Source: Bacteroidota bacterium (GTDB lineage Bacteria > Bacteroidota > Ignavibacteria > UBA10030 > SZUA-254). From it: DNA of 64,000 nucleotides. Below are positions 37,657 through 46,463 of the stretch, one piece after another. Each line of letters starts with the position of its first letter. Positions within the stretch are counted from its first letter, which is position 1. The DNA lies in contig DASQAZ010000134.1 of NCBI GenBank assembly GCA_035635475.1, positions 1,249 through 65,248 on the forward strand, read 5' to 3'. The notes under the pieces were generated by a model. That model had not been told where the DNA came from, made no database searches, and saw nothing but the letters and a program-made list of their open reading frames with translations. Both the position numbers and the translations under genes were made by a program.

Positions 37657-37685
37657 AAGATAGCAAAGAACGCCCATAAAATCAA
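37657..37685 (-). promoter_or_regulatory. Putative sigma70-type promoter of the tyrosine-catabolism operon
   Basis: On the minus strand: TTGATT (37685-37680), 17-nt spacer, TATCTT (37662-37657), about 12 nt upstream of the ATG at 37644. Confidence 0.35.
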
Positions 37686-37830
37686 TAGACCGAGCGGCAA
37701 TTGGACGTGATCCGGCGCGGGCTTTGGATATCGGGGAAAAAAAGAGTACCATGATGCGAATGATTCTTCGAGGAAGGGGATCGATCGGCAACCGCTACTG
37801 ATTCGCGCAGCGTTCTCCAACTGTTCTCGA

Positions 37831-40800
37831 ATGCGATCCGTCAGTCTCCTCCGTGAACATCGCGGGCTACTACTCGCCGCCTGCATCTTCTTTATAACGA
37901 GCCTCCGTGCACAGGGCCCTTCCCCCGTCGAGGCGGGAAATTTCATCATTGAAACCTTCAAGCTTGCGCCCGGGGATTCGGCGGTTTCGCTTCGGCATCG
38001 ATTTATCATTCCGGGGACGGAAACCGTCCTTCTCGATACTGTCCGGCTTCGCAGCGGCGTGGATTATTCGCTCGATGCGCGCACCGGCCTGCTGACCGTT
38101 CACCGCACCGGCACCCCGCGGCCGCTGATCGTATCGGTTCGCTATCAAGCCCTGCCCTTCAGCTTTAAAGAAGTGTACACCCATCGCGAGGCCGCCGCCA
38201 GACCCGATTCGGCGGCGCGCATCAGCGCCTCCAAGGCTCCAGGCGGATTTTCCTTCGATCAGATCTTCGGCTCAAATCTACAAAAGAGCGGCAGTATTGC
38301 CCGGGGGATCACGGTGGGCTCCAATCGCGACCTTTCGCTCAACTCGGGCTTTCGCATGCAGATGGCAGGCAATCTGACCGACGATGTGGAAGTGGTGGCT
38401 GCACTCACCGACGAGAATTCTCCGATTCAGCCCGAGGGGACGACGCGCACACTCCAGGAGGTGGATAAAGTTTTTATCGAGCTCAGGGGGACCCATCTTT
38501 CCGCCACGCTCGGCGATTTTAATCTCGGCTTGTCGGGGACCGAGTTCGGGCGCCTGAACCGAAAACTGCAAGGCGCGAAGGGGCGTGCGTCTTACCGGGG
38601 CGGGAACGCGGAGGGCGATGTGCTCGTTGCCGGGGCGCTTGCCCGGGGGAAATATGCAACGAATCAGTTTGACGGAAAGGACGGCGTGCAGGGCCCGTAC
38701 CGGTTGACCGGACAGCATAACGAGCGGGACATTATTGTGATCGCCGGGACCGAGCGCGTCTACGTGAATGGCGAGCGCATGACGCGGGGAGAGTCAGCCG
38801 ACTATATCATCGACTATGCCGTCGCGGAGATTACGTTCACACCGACGAAATTGATATCCCGCGTTTCGCGGATTGTCGTCGACTTTGAGTACACGGATCG
38901 GCAGTTTAACAGAAGCCTGCTCGCTTTTAAATCGGAAAACAGTTTCTCCAACCATCGCCTGACGGTGAATGCTTCGGCCCTCGAAGAAAACGACAATGAG
39001 GATTCACCGATCGATATAACCCTCAGCGATTCCGACAAGGCGATCCTCCGCTCAGCGGGCAACGACCGGTTAAAAGCTGTCCGCTCGGGAGCCGTACTCC
39101 AGGGACCCGGAAAAGGGCAGTACATCCGGAAGGACACGACCGTCGCTTCTCCCTCCGGCCCGGATACTTCCTTGTCGATCTATCGGTTCAGTCCCTCCGA
39201 TACGGCAGCCGCGGTTTACAGCGTCACGTTCAGCTACGTGGGGAGCGGGAAAGGAGATTACGATCTGATCGCGGCCGGGCGGTACCAGTTTGCAGGCCTG
39301 GGGAAAGGGAGCTATTTGCCGATTCGATTTTTGCCGATGCCATCCGCCCACCGCTTCGCGGATCTCAGCGTTGGGGGTCAACTCACGGGCGATCTCAAGT
39401 TGGAGGCCGAATACGCCTTCTCGAATTTCGATCCCAATCGTTTCTCAGAAATCGACGATGAGAATAACAGCGGATCGGCGGCGAACGTCAGCCTGCATTA
39501 TGATCAGAAGGAGTTGCGGATCGGCGGCCACGGCCTGGGTTCGATCGAGGCGAGCCTCAAGGAGCGTTTCATCGATCATCGCTACGTCTCCCCCGATCGT
39601 GCGAATGAGGTCGAGTTCAACCGCAAGTGGAATATCCTCGATTCTTCAAGCCGCGACGAAGAACTGCGTGAGGGCTCCTTTGCATACCGGCCCGTTCCCG
39701 TTCTTTCTCTGGCGGCGGGCCTCGGGTGGATGAGAAGGGGGGAGCCCTATGTATCGAGACGATACACGGCGTCGGCCTCCGTGAGCGGGGAACGAATCCC
39801 GCGCGCGACGTATGAGTTCGAACTCATCAGGAGCCGCGACGCATTTGTGGATGACGACGGCACATGGTTTCGTCACCGGGGCCTGGCCGAGTACGCGATC
39901 GGATCTTTTACCCCCGGGATTTCGTATAACGGGGAAGTGCTGCGGAGCCGCGCCCTCGGCACCGATACTTTGAATCGACGAAGTTTCCGATTTCATGAGC
40001 TCGGTCCGCGCCTCGGCTCCGACAGCCTCGGCAGCATGTCGGTGCACGCGGAACTACTCTGGCGCTGGGCTGATTCGCTCTCCTCGGGCCTGCTCAAGCC
40101 GGCCTCGAGGTCCCTCACGCAGTCGTACAACTGGCAGCTTCGCGATTGGAACTCGCTCGCGTCTTCACTCACCGTGACTTTCCAGAACAAAGTTTTCCTC
40201 GAACCGTTTCGCCGGCCGGGTGAGAGCGACGTGCAAACTGTGCTTGTCCGTTCGCAAACCCGGTTTAATCCCGGTCACGCGATTGAGTCGGATTGGTTCT
40301 ACGAGCTCTCGACGGAGCAAACAGCCAGGCCCGAGCGGGTGTATCAGCAGGTGCCAAAAGGGACGGGCAATTACGTCTATCTCGGCGACGTCAACGGCAA
40401 TCATATCGTCGATGACGCAGACTTCCGCCTCACGCGCTTTGACGGCGACTTTATCAGCGTTATCGTTCCCACGGGGCTTCTCATCCCCGTGACCGATCTG
40501 AAGGCGAGCTCACGGATACGCCTCAACGGCGGCCGCCTGTTCAAAGGGCACGAGTGGTTCGAGAATGTCCTCGGAGCCCTCTCCTCGGAGACCTACCTGC
40601 GGGTCGACGAGAAAAGCAGCGAAGCGGATAAGAAACAAATCTATCTTCTTCACCTGAGCCATTTCCTCAATGATCAGACGACGATTGCGGGGAGCGATCT
40701 CATCACCCAGGACCTCTATCTGCTCGAGAATCGGCCGGAATTTTCCATGCGCTTCCGTTATAGCCGGCGAAAAGGGCTCACGCAATACGCCCTGACCGAT

Positions 40801-41325
40801 GAGCGGACGTACGCTGACGAGCGCTCTATGAGAATCCGCTGGCAATTGGTGAAAGAGTTCTCGAACCAAACCGACCTGACCGAGAAAAAGGACAACCTCA
40901 GCTCTCAGCAAGTTGACTATCGCGCCCGGAACATTGTCTCCCGGGCCTTCTCGACCGACTGGGCCTACCGTCCCGAACAGAGCGTCGAGCTCGGGATCAG
41001 GGTATCGGTCGGCGAGGCGGTCAATTTCGACACCGCAACCGCGCGGCTCAACACAGAATCGGCCCGCCTTGTCTATTCGCTGAGCGAGAAGGGCCAGGCA
41101 AAGGGTGAACTCGGCCGGGAGGAAGTCCTTCTTCATAGGGCCGGAGTTCAGATTCCGTTTGAGCTCACCGAGGGTAGGGTGGGAGGGAAATCCTGGCTCT
41201 GGCATTTCAGCTTTGATTACAGGATGACACAGTTTCTTCAGAGCACGATCTCCTACGACGGCCGAAGTGAAGGAGGCTCGCCTACGGTGCATACGGCGAA
41301 AGCAGAAGTTAGGGCATTCTTCTAA
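37831..41325 (+). CDS. Very large predicted outer-membrane beta-barrel protein of unknown function
   Basis: 1164-aa uninterrupted ORF with a signal-like N-terminus (LLLAACIFFITSLRAQG), pervasive amphipathic beta-strand pattern, and a C-terminal OMP signature (...AKAEVRAFF). I recognise no Plug, POTRA or other domain. Confidence 0.65.
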   Translation: MRSVSLLREHRGLLLAACIFFITSLRAQGPSPVEAGNFIIETFKLAPGDSAVSLRHRFIIPGTETVLLDTVRLRSGVDYSLDARTGLLTVHRTGTPRPLIVSVRYQALPFSFKEVYTHREAAARPDSAARISASKAPGGFSFDQIFGSNLQKSGSIARGITVGSNRDLSLNSGFRMQMAGNLTDDVEVVAALTDENSPIQPEGTTRTLQEVDKVFIELRGTHLSATLGDFNLGLSGTEFGRLNRKLQGAKGRASYRGGNAEGDVLVAGALARGKYATNQFDGKDGVQGPYRLTGQHNERDIIVIAGTERVYVNGERMTRGESADYIIDYAVAEITFTPTKLISRVSRIVVDFEYTDRQFNRSLLAFKSENSFSNHRLTVNASALEENDNEDSPIDITLSDSDKAILRSAGNDRLKAVRSGAVLQGPGKGQYIRKDTTVASPSGPDTSLSIYRFSPSDTAAAVYSVTFSYVGSGKGDYDLIAAGRYQFAGLGKGSYLPIRFLPMPSAHRFADLSVGGQLTGDLKLEAEYAFSNFDPNRFSEIDDENNSGSAANVSLHYDQKELRIGGHGLGSIEASLKERFIDHRYVSPDRANEVEFNRKWNILDSSSRDEELREGSFAYRPVPVLSLAAGLGWMRRGEPYVSRRYTASASVSGERIPRATYEFELIRSRDAFVDDDGTWFRHRGLAEYAIGSFTPGISYNGEVLRSRALGTDTLNRRSFRFHELGPRLGSDSLGSMSVHAELLWRWADSLSSGLLKPASRSLTQSYNWQLRDWNSLASSLTVTFQNKVFLEPFRRPGESDVQTVLVRSQTRFNPGHAIESDWFYELSTEQTARPERVYQQVPKGTGNYVYLGDVNGNHIVDDADFRLTRFDGDFISVIVPTGLLIPVTDLKASSRIRLNGGRLFKGHEWFENVLGALSSETYLRVDEKSSEADKKQIYLLHLSHFLNDQTTIAGSDLITQDLYLLENRPEFSMRFRYSRRKGLTQYALTDERTYADERSMRIRWQLVKEFSNQTDLTEKKDNLSSQQVDYRARNIVSRAFSTDWAYRPEQSVELGIRVSVGEAVNFDTATARLNTESARLVYSLSEKGQAKGELGREEVLLHRAGVQIPFELTEGRVGGKSWLWHFSFDYRMTQFLQSTISYDGRSEGGSPTVHTAKAEVRAFF

Positions 41326-41492
41326 GGTGATACCTTCCCCATCCGATCACGGGCATTCGGGAGTGAGGTCTCATATCCGGCTATTGTTCCACGCCGTTTC
41401 ACATGTGAACAACGGACGAGCAGGAGATTTGCATCGAGTGTGTACAATCGTCCTTGGTGTGAGAAAATTTTTTTTCATCGTGCATTTTTATC

Positions 41493-41521
41493 TTGCTTTT
41501 CTTTTCCAATATGTTTATAAT
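41493..41521 (+). promoter_or_regulatory. Putative strong sigma70-type promoter upstream of ogt
   Basis: TTGCTT (41493-41498), 17-nt spacer, consensus TATAAT (41516-41521). Implies a leader of about 157 nt before the ogt ATG. Confidence 0.45.
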
Positions 41522-41684
41522 GACAGCACGCTGGTCGCTCGCACGCGTGCTCGTTCTTCCACTCGCCGTACGCGTCATTACTCATTCGAAAAGGAAATCT
41601 GAAGGGGGATGTAAGATCAGTCTTGCCGTTCTGTATTATCCCGACACACGATCAAAGACCATGATTCTCCCAGAATGAACATCT

Positions 41685-42308
41685 ATGCTTGAAGATCTTG
41701 CAACTATTGATACTGCAAGCGTTGCAAACTCGGTAAAGAAGAGGACAAGATTCGAGGGTGAGAGAGAAGGAGGCACGGGCCCCGGAGCCCAGGACACGCG
41801 GACGAAGATTTACTGCACGTCATTCGATTCCCGCATCGGCCGCATTTACGTCGCATCGACCGAGAAGGGGGTCTGCAAGATCAGCGTGCCCAAGGAATCG
41901 CGGAAGGATTTTTTTGAATGGCTCAAGAGACACTTCGACCTCGAAAACGTCCTCGACAACAGGGCGCGCAACAAGGAGGTTATCGACCAGCTGAGCCGCT
42001 ATTTCAACGGCAAACTGGCGAAATTTACCTGCCCCCTCGACCTGCTAGGGACGCCGTTTCAAATACGGGTTTGGAAGGAGCTGTCGAAAATCGCGTACGG
42101 GACGACGATCACGTACAAACATCTGGCGAAGCGCGTTGCCGCTCCGAAGGCCTCTCAAGCCGTCGGACGTGCCAACAGCGCCAACCCGCTGCCGATCATC
42201 GTGCCCTGCCACAGAGTCCTCGGATCGAACGGCGCTCTCGTCGGCTATTCCTGCGGCGTGAAGACGAAAGAATTCTTGCTGCGGCTCGAAGGCGCGATCA
42301 TTTTATAG
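41685..42308 (+). CDS. ogt: Methylated-DNA--protein-cysteine methyltransferase
   Basis: Active-site PCHRV, upstream NPLPIIVPCHRVLGSNG, and helix-turn-helix segment TYKHLAKRV. Confidence 0.88.
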   Translation: MLEDLATIDTASVANSVKKRTRFEGEREGGTGPGAQDTRTKIYCTSFDSRIGRIYVASTEKGVCKISVPKESRKDFFEWLKRHFDLENVLDNRARNKEVIDQLSRYFNGKLAKFTCPLDLLGTPFQIRVWKELSKIAYGTTITYKHLAKRVAAPKASQAVGRANSANPLPIIVPCHRVLGSNGALVGYSCGVKTKEFLLRLEGAIIL

Positions 42309-42351
42309 CGGCGCCGCAGGAGTCAGTCCCCGACCATTGCGGGGCCGCTCG

Positions 42352-43878
42352 ATGACTGCGGCGATCGGAACTGTCTTCACTCCGGAACCGTGGGCCCTGT
42401 GGCTGATCGGGAGGTATGGCGTCGTCGAGAGGTGGCTCCGCGGCGCTTCAATACTGGATCCAACGTGCGGGAACGGTCAATTCCTCGTCTCCATCATCGC
42501 AACGGCCCTCGAGGGCGGAATTCCCCCCCGGAAGCTTCCATTGGAAAGTCTCTTCGGCATCGAGAAAGAGAAGACGCTCGTCGATGAGCTGCGGGACCGC
42601 CTCGCGCGGGATTTCGGGATCGAGATGCCGGCCCGTAACCTGATCACCCGAGATATTTTGGAAGAAGGTCCCGTGCTCAAGACGAACATCCTCATCGGTA
42701 ATCCCCCCTGGATGAATTTCACGGATCTGCCCGACGATTATAAAACCCGGTTAAAGCCGCTCTTTCTCGAATACGGCCTGGTGAGAGACGCGAGGAGCCT
42801 TCTCCTGGGTCATGCAAGGACCGATCTGGCCGCTTTGATTATAGCCAAGACGATCCATTCCAATCTCGCTGCGAACGGAGAAGCGTACTTCTTCGTTCCA
42901 CTTTCCCTGTTCTTGAATGAAGGCGCCCACTCGGGGTTCAGGCAATTCAACGCCCGTGATGTGCGATTCTCGGTCGGCGAATTGATCGACCTCGAGGGTA
43001 CAGGTGCGTTTCCCGGAATTGCAACGCGCTTTGGGGCCGCGCGCTTCCGGCGCGATCTGATCCAACGTTATCCCATTCCCTGCATCAGATACGAATCCGG
43101 CCGCTGGCGCCGATGGTGGGCTGCTCCGGTCAGAAAAGACCACGGCGCGCTATCGATACTCACGACTCGCAAAGCGTTCGAGAGCTTCAAAACTCTCCGG
43201 CTGACGCTTCCGCCCGGAGCAAAACCCCGCCAGGGCGTTAACACGTGCGGATCCAATAGTGTGATGATTTTCTCTGACGTAAAAAGAATCAGCCCTGATC
43301 TCGTGACCGCCCGGTCGAAGAAATTCGGAACCGTGACCCTCCCTTCGAGATTCCTCTACCCCCTTCTCGACCGCCGGGTATTCGACAACCCGCGGCAAGT
43401 GCCGGAAGACTTCATCCTGCTGCCCTATGATGAATCTTCAGGTAAGCCGCTCGATCTCCTAGAAATTACGGAGTATCCCGAGCTATGGGAATATCTGAAG
43501 GCGGCGTCATCCATGCTGCGGGCGCGAAGGGGGGCGTTGATCGGAAACTGGATCCGGCGCGGTTACTGGTGGGCCTCTCTCGGCGTCGGGCCCTACTCGT
43601 TCATGCCGTACAAAGTTGCATGGATGGCATATGGACGCACGTCATTCAAGCCCAGGGTTTTTCGGACAAACCTCGGCAAACCGTGGCAGGGGAATCAGGC
43701 ACTCCACGCCTACGTGCCGTGCCGGACGAAGTCCGAGGCGGAGAGCACCTTGAGAGCCCTGTCTCGCCCAGAGATCGCCGCCTATTTGGAATCATTCAAG
43801 ATGTCGGGTTCGAGGAGCTGGGCGCAACCGGGGAGGATCGCCAGGATCTGTGAGTATGCGGACGATGCAGGAATCTAG
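42352..43878 (+). CDS. Gamma-class N6-adenine DNA methyltransferase (TaqI/Eco57I-like), orphan
   Basis: Motif order FTPEP (X), DPTCGNGQFL (I, SAM binding), NPPW (IV, catalytic), followed by a domain of about 270 aa likely to mediate target recognition. I see no endonuclease-like ORF next to it. Confidence 0.8.
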   Translation: MTAAIGTVFTPEPWALWLIGRYGVVERWLRGASILDPTCGNGQFLVSIIATALEGGIPPRKLPLESLFGIEKEKTLVDELRDRLARDFGIEMPARNLITRDILEEGPVLKTNILIGNPPWMNFTDLPDDYKTRLKPLFLEYGLVRDARSLLLGHARTDLAALIIAKTIHSNLAANGEAYFFVPLSLFLNEGAHSGFRQFNARDVRFSVGELIDLEGTGAFPGIATRFGAARFRRDLIQRYPIPCIRYESGRWRRWWAAPVRKDHGALSILTTRKAFESFKTLRLTLPPGAKPRQGVNTCGSNSVMIFSDVKRISPDLVTARSKKFGTVTLPSRFLYPLLDRRVFDNPRQVPEDFILLPYDESSGKPLDLLEITEYPELWEYLKAASSMLRARRGALIGNWIRRGYWWASLGVGPYSFMPYKVAWMAYGRTSFKPRVFRTNLGKPWQGNQALHAYVPCRTKSEAESTLRALSRPEIAAYLESFKMSGSRSWAQPGRIARICEYADDAGI

Positions 43879-46081
43879 CCTGAGCGATCTCAACCCCAGG
43901 CAACAGGAGGCGGTGAAGACCGTTGAAGGGCCCGTTATGGTCCTCGCCGGACCCGGAAGCGGCAAGACCCGGGTCCTCACACATCGGATCGCGCACTTGA
44001 TGAAGATCGGCGTTCCCCCGTATTCAATACTTGCCCTGACCTTCACCAATAAAGCGGCCGGTGAAATGAAAGAGCGCATCACCCGGCTCGTCGGCGATCA
44101 GGCCGCACGCCTCTGGATGGGGACATTTCATTCACTCCTCGCGAGACTCTTGAGGGTGGAATGCGAGAAAATTGGCTTCCAGAAAAACTTTTCTATCTAC
44201 GATGCGCAGGATAGCCTCGCGCTTATAAAGCGCATCATGAAGGCGGCGAACATCCCCGCGCAGCAATTCAATCCAGCAGCGATCCGCTCGCGGATCAGCG
44301 GAGCGAAAAACCAATCGCTCTCCCCCCCGGAATATGCGCGGCTCGCAACAGACCCGTTCGAAGAAAAGGCCGCCCGCATTTATGCGGAGTACCAGGCGGG
44401 CCTGAAGCGGCAGAATGCGATGGACTTCGACGACCTGCTCCTGCTGCCGCTCGAGCTCTTTGAAGGGCACCGGGCGGTTCTTTCAAAATACCAGGATCGA
44501 TTTCGATTCATTCTGGTCGATGAGTATCAGGATACCAACCGCGTTCAGTACGCTCTCGTGAAGCTGCTCGGGGCAAAGTACCGGAATGTGTGCGTCGTCG
44601 GCGATGACGCCCAGAGCATTTATGCGTTTCGGGGGGCTGATATACGGAACATACTGGATTTCGAGCGGGATTACCCCGATGCGAAGATCATTCGCCTCGA
44701 ACAGAATTACCGGTCCACAAAAACCATCCTCGCCGCCGCCGACCAGGTCATCAAGAACAATATCGATCAAATGCGGAAGGATCTCTGGACCTCGAACGCA
44801 GCCGGCGATTTGATTACGGTGCTCGAGTGCGAGGACGACCGGCAGGAAGCCGCAACGATCGTATCGTTGATCTATGAAGAATCCCGCAAACTCAAAATCG
44901 ATCTCTCCGGTTTTGCGATCATGTACCGGACGAACGCGCAATCGAGGACGCTCGAAGATGCCCTGCGCCGCAGCGGCGTTTCTTATGTAATCGTCGGAGG
45001 CATCGAATTCTATCAGAGAAAAGAAATCAAGGATGTCCTGGCGTATCTCCGGGTGCTTGCCAATAATGCCGACGGCGAAAGCCTCCTGCGGGTCGTCAAC
45101 TATCCTCCCCGGGGACTCGGTGAGGCGGCGCTGAATCGGCTCGCCGAGTTTTCTTCGGACAAGGGGATCAATCTCCTCGACTCGGCCGCGAGAGCGGGGG
45201 AGATAGCGGGGTTGTCAGCCTCGGCGAAGCGGAGCTTCACGGAGCTTGCCGCGCTATTTAAGAAGTACCGCGGCCTGTCGGCGGAAGTGTCGGTGAGCGA
45301 GCTCGTACGAGCGATGATCGACGAAGTCGGGATCCTCACGCTCTTAAAAGAGGAGGGCACCCCCGAATCGATGGCGCGGCGGGAAAACGTGCACGAACTG
45401 TTGTCGGCAATTTCCGAATACGCCGACCAGCACTCCGGCTCGACGCTTGAGGATTTCCTCCAGGAAGTCTCCCTGCTTTCGGATGTGGATCAATGGGACG
45501 ATACCCATGCCGAGGTCACCCTCCTGACGCTCCATGCCGCCAAGGGCCTGGAATTCCCCGTCGTGTTCATCTCGGGTCTGGAGGAAGGACTGCTCCCATT
45601 TTACACATCCCCGATCGGCCCGAAAGATCTGGAAGAGGAGCGGCGGCTGTATTACGTCGGCGTCACGCGGGCGATGAGGAAGTTGTATCTAAGCCGCGCG
45701 AGGATCCGCTACCGGTTCGGCGACGTGACATTCCAGTCCGCCTCCCGCTTTCTCGATGAGATCGAACCCTCCCTCGTCGAAACGGTCAATGTTGCCGGCC
45801 GCTCCCGGCCGCAGCGGCGCATGCCTCAACCGGCGCGCTCACAGGTCGGAACGGCCGATTCCGACTCGCGATATTTCTCCGATCCCCCCGCTGAGACGGG
45901 ATCCGATTTCGATCAGCCCCAGGCTCTCAGGATCGGCGGATTCGTGGAACACGAAATCTTCGGCAGAGGGAAAATCCTTGATCTGTCGGGCAACGGAGAG
46001 ACGCTGAAAGCGGTGGTCGATTTTCCGGAGGCAGGAAGAAAAAACCTTCTTGTTCGGTATGCGCGGCTCAAAATCCTCTAG
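43850..46081 (+). CDS. uvrD: ATP-dependent DNA helicase UvrD/PcrA
   Basis: LNPRQQEAV, AGPGSGKT, DFDDLL, VDEYQDTN, VGDDAQSIYAFRGA, YRSTKTIL, and a C-terminal Tudor-like tail (GGFVEHEIFGRGKI). The start (43850, 43856 or 43865) overlaps the methyltransferase 3' end. Confidence 0.92.
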   Translation: MSMRTMQESSLSDLNPRQQEAVKTVEGPVMVLAGPGSGKTRVLTHRIAHLMKIGVPPYSILALTFTNKAAGEMKERITRLVGDQAARLWMGTFHSLLARLLRVECEKIGFQKNFSIYDAQDSLALIKRIMKAANIPAQQFNPAAIRSRISGAKNQSLSPPEYARLATDPFEEKAARIYAEYQAGLKRQNAMDFDDLLLLPLELFEGHRAVLSKYQDRFRFILVDEYQDTNRVQYALVKLLGAKYRNVCVVGDDAQSIYAFRGADIRNILDFERDYPDAKIIRLEQNYRSTKTILAAADQVIKNNIDQMRKDLWTSNAAGDLITVLECEDDRQEAATIVSLIYEESRKLKIDLSGFAIMYRTNAQSRTLEDALRRSGVSYVIVGGIEFYQRKEIKDVLAYLRVLANNADGESLLRVVNYPPRGLGEAALNRLAEFSSDKGINLLDSAARAGEIAGLSASAKRSFTELAALFKKYRGLSAEVSVSELVRAMIDEVGILTLLKEEGTPESMARRENVHELLSAISEYADQHSGSTLEDFLQEVSLLSDVDQWDDTHAEVTLLTLHAAKGLEFPVVFISGLEEGLLPFYTSPIGPKDLEEERRLYYVGVTRAMRKLYLSRARIRYRFGDVTFQSASRFLDEIEPSLVETVNVAGRSRPQRRMPQPARSQVGTADSDSRYFSDPPAETGSDFDQPQALRIGGFVEHEIFGRGKILDLSGNGETLKAVVDFPEAGRKNLLVRYARLKIL

Positions 46082-46167
46082 GAATCTCAAGCCCGCTTCA
46101 TTGCATTTTCCTCTTTTCTTTAGTAAGTTCCGTCAGAATCTACCCTTTTTGCGGAGAAAGTGATTCC

Positions 46168-46410
46168 ATGGAGCGTTTTGTCGCGGTAGCAACGTACATG
46201 AATGAACTCGAAGCGGAGCTGGCGCAGGCGACACTGGCTGCGGCCGGCATCGAGTCATTTCTCAAGTACGAAGATATCGGGGGGATGCTTCCCGTGCTTC
46301 AGGAATCGGAGGGTGTGCGGGTCCTCGTCGAAGAAGAGCGTCTCGTGGAGGCCCGGGCTGTGCTGAACGAGCGCGCCGAGGAAGATACCTCTTCGCAGCC
46401 GCCCGATTGA
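46168..46410 (+). CDS. Small DUF2007-like putative signal-transducing protein
   Basis: 80 aa. The pattern VAVATYMNELEAELAQATLAAAGIESFL resembles DUF2007 (from memory). Confidence 0.6.
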   Translation: MERFVAVATYMNELEAELAQATLAAAGIESFLKYEDIGGMLPVLQESEGVRVLVEEERLVEARAVLNERAEEDTSSQPPD

Positions 46411-46463
46411 TTCAATAAGACCACACCCGATTCTTTCCCCGTTTATGTCCCCTCATCACTAAG

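Noticed and set aside
41493-41678. 61-codon ORF inside the ogt leader
   Set aside because: Its start would lie within the -35 element of the predicted promoter, it has no ribosome-binding site, and its composition is odd. It is more likely non-coding leader sequence.
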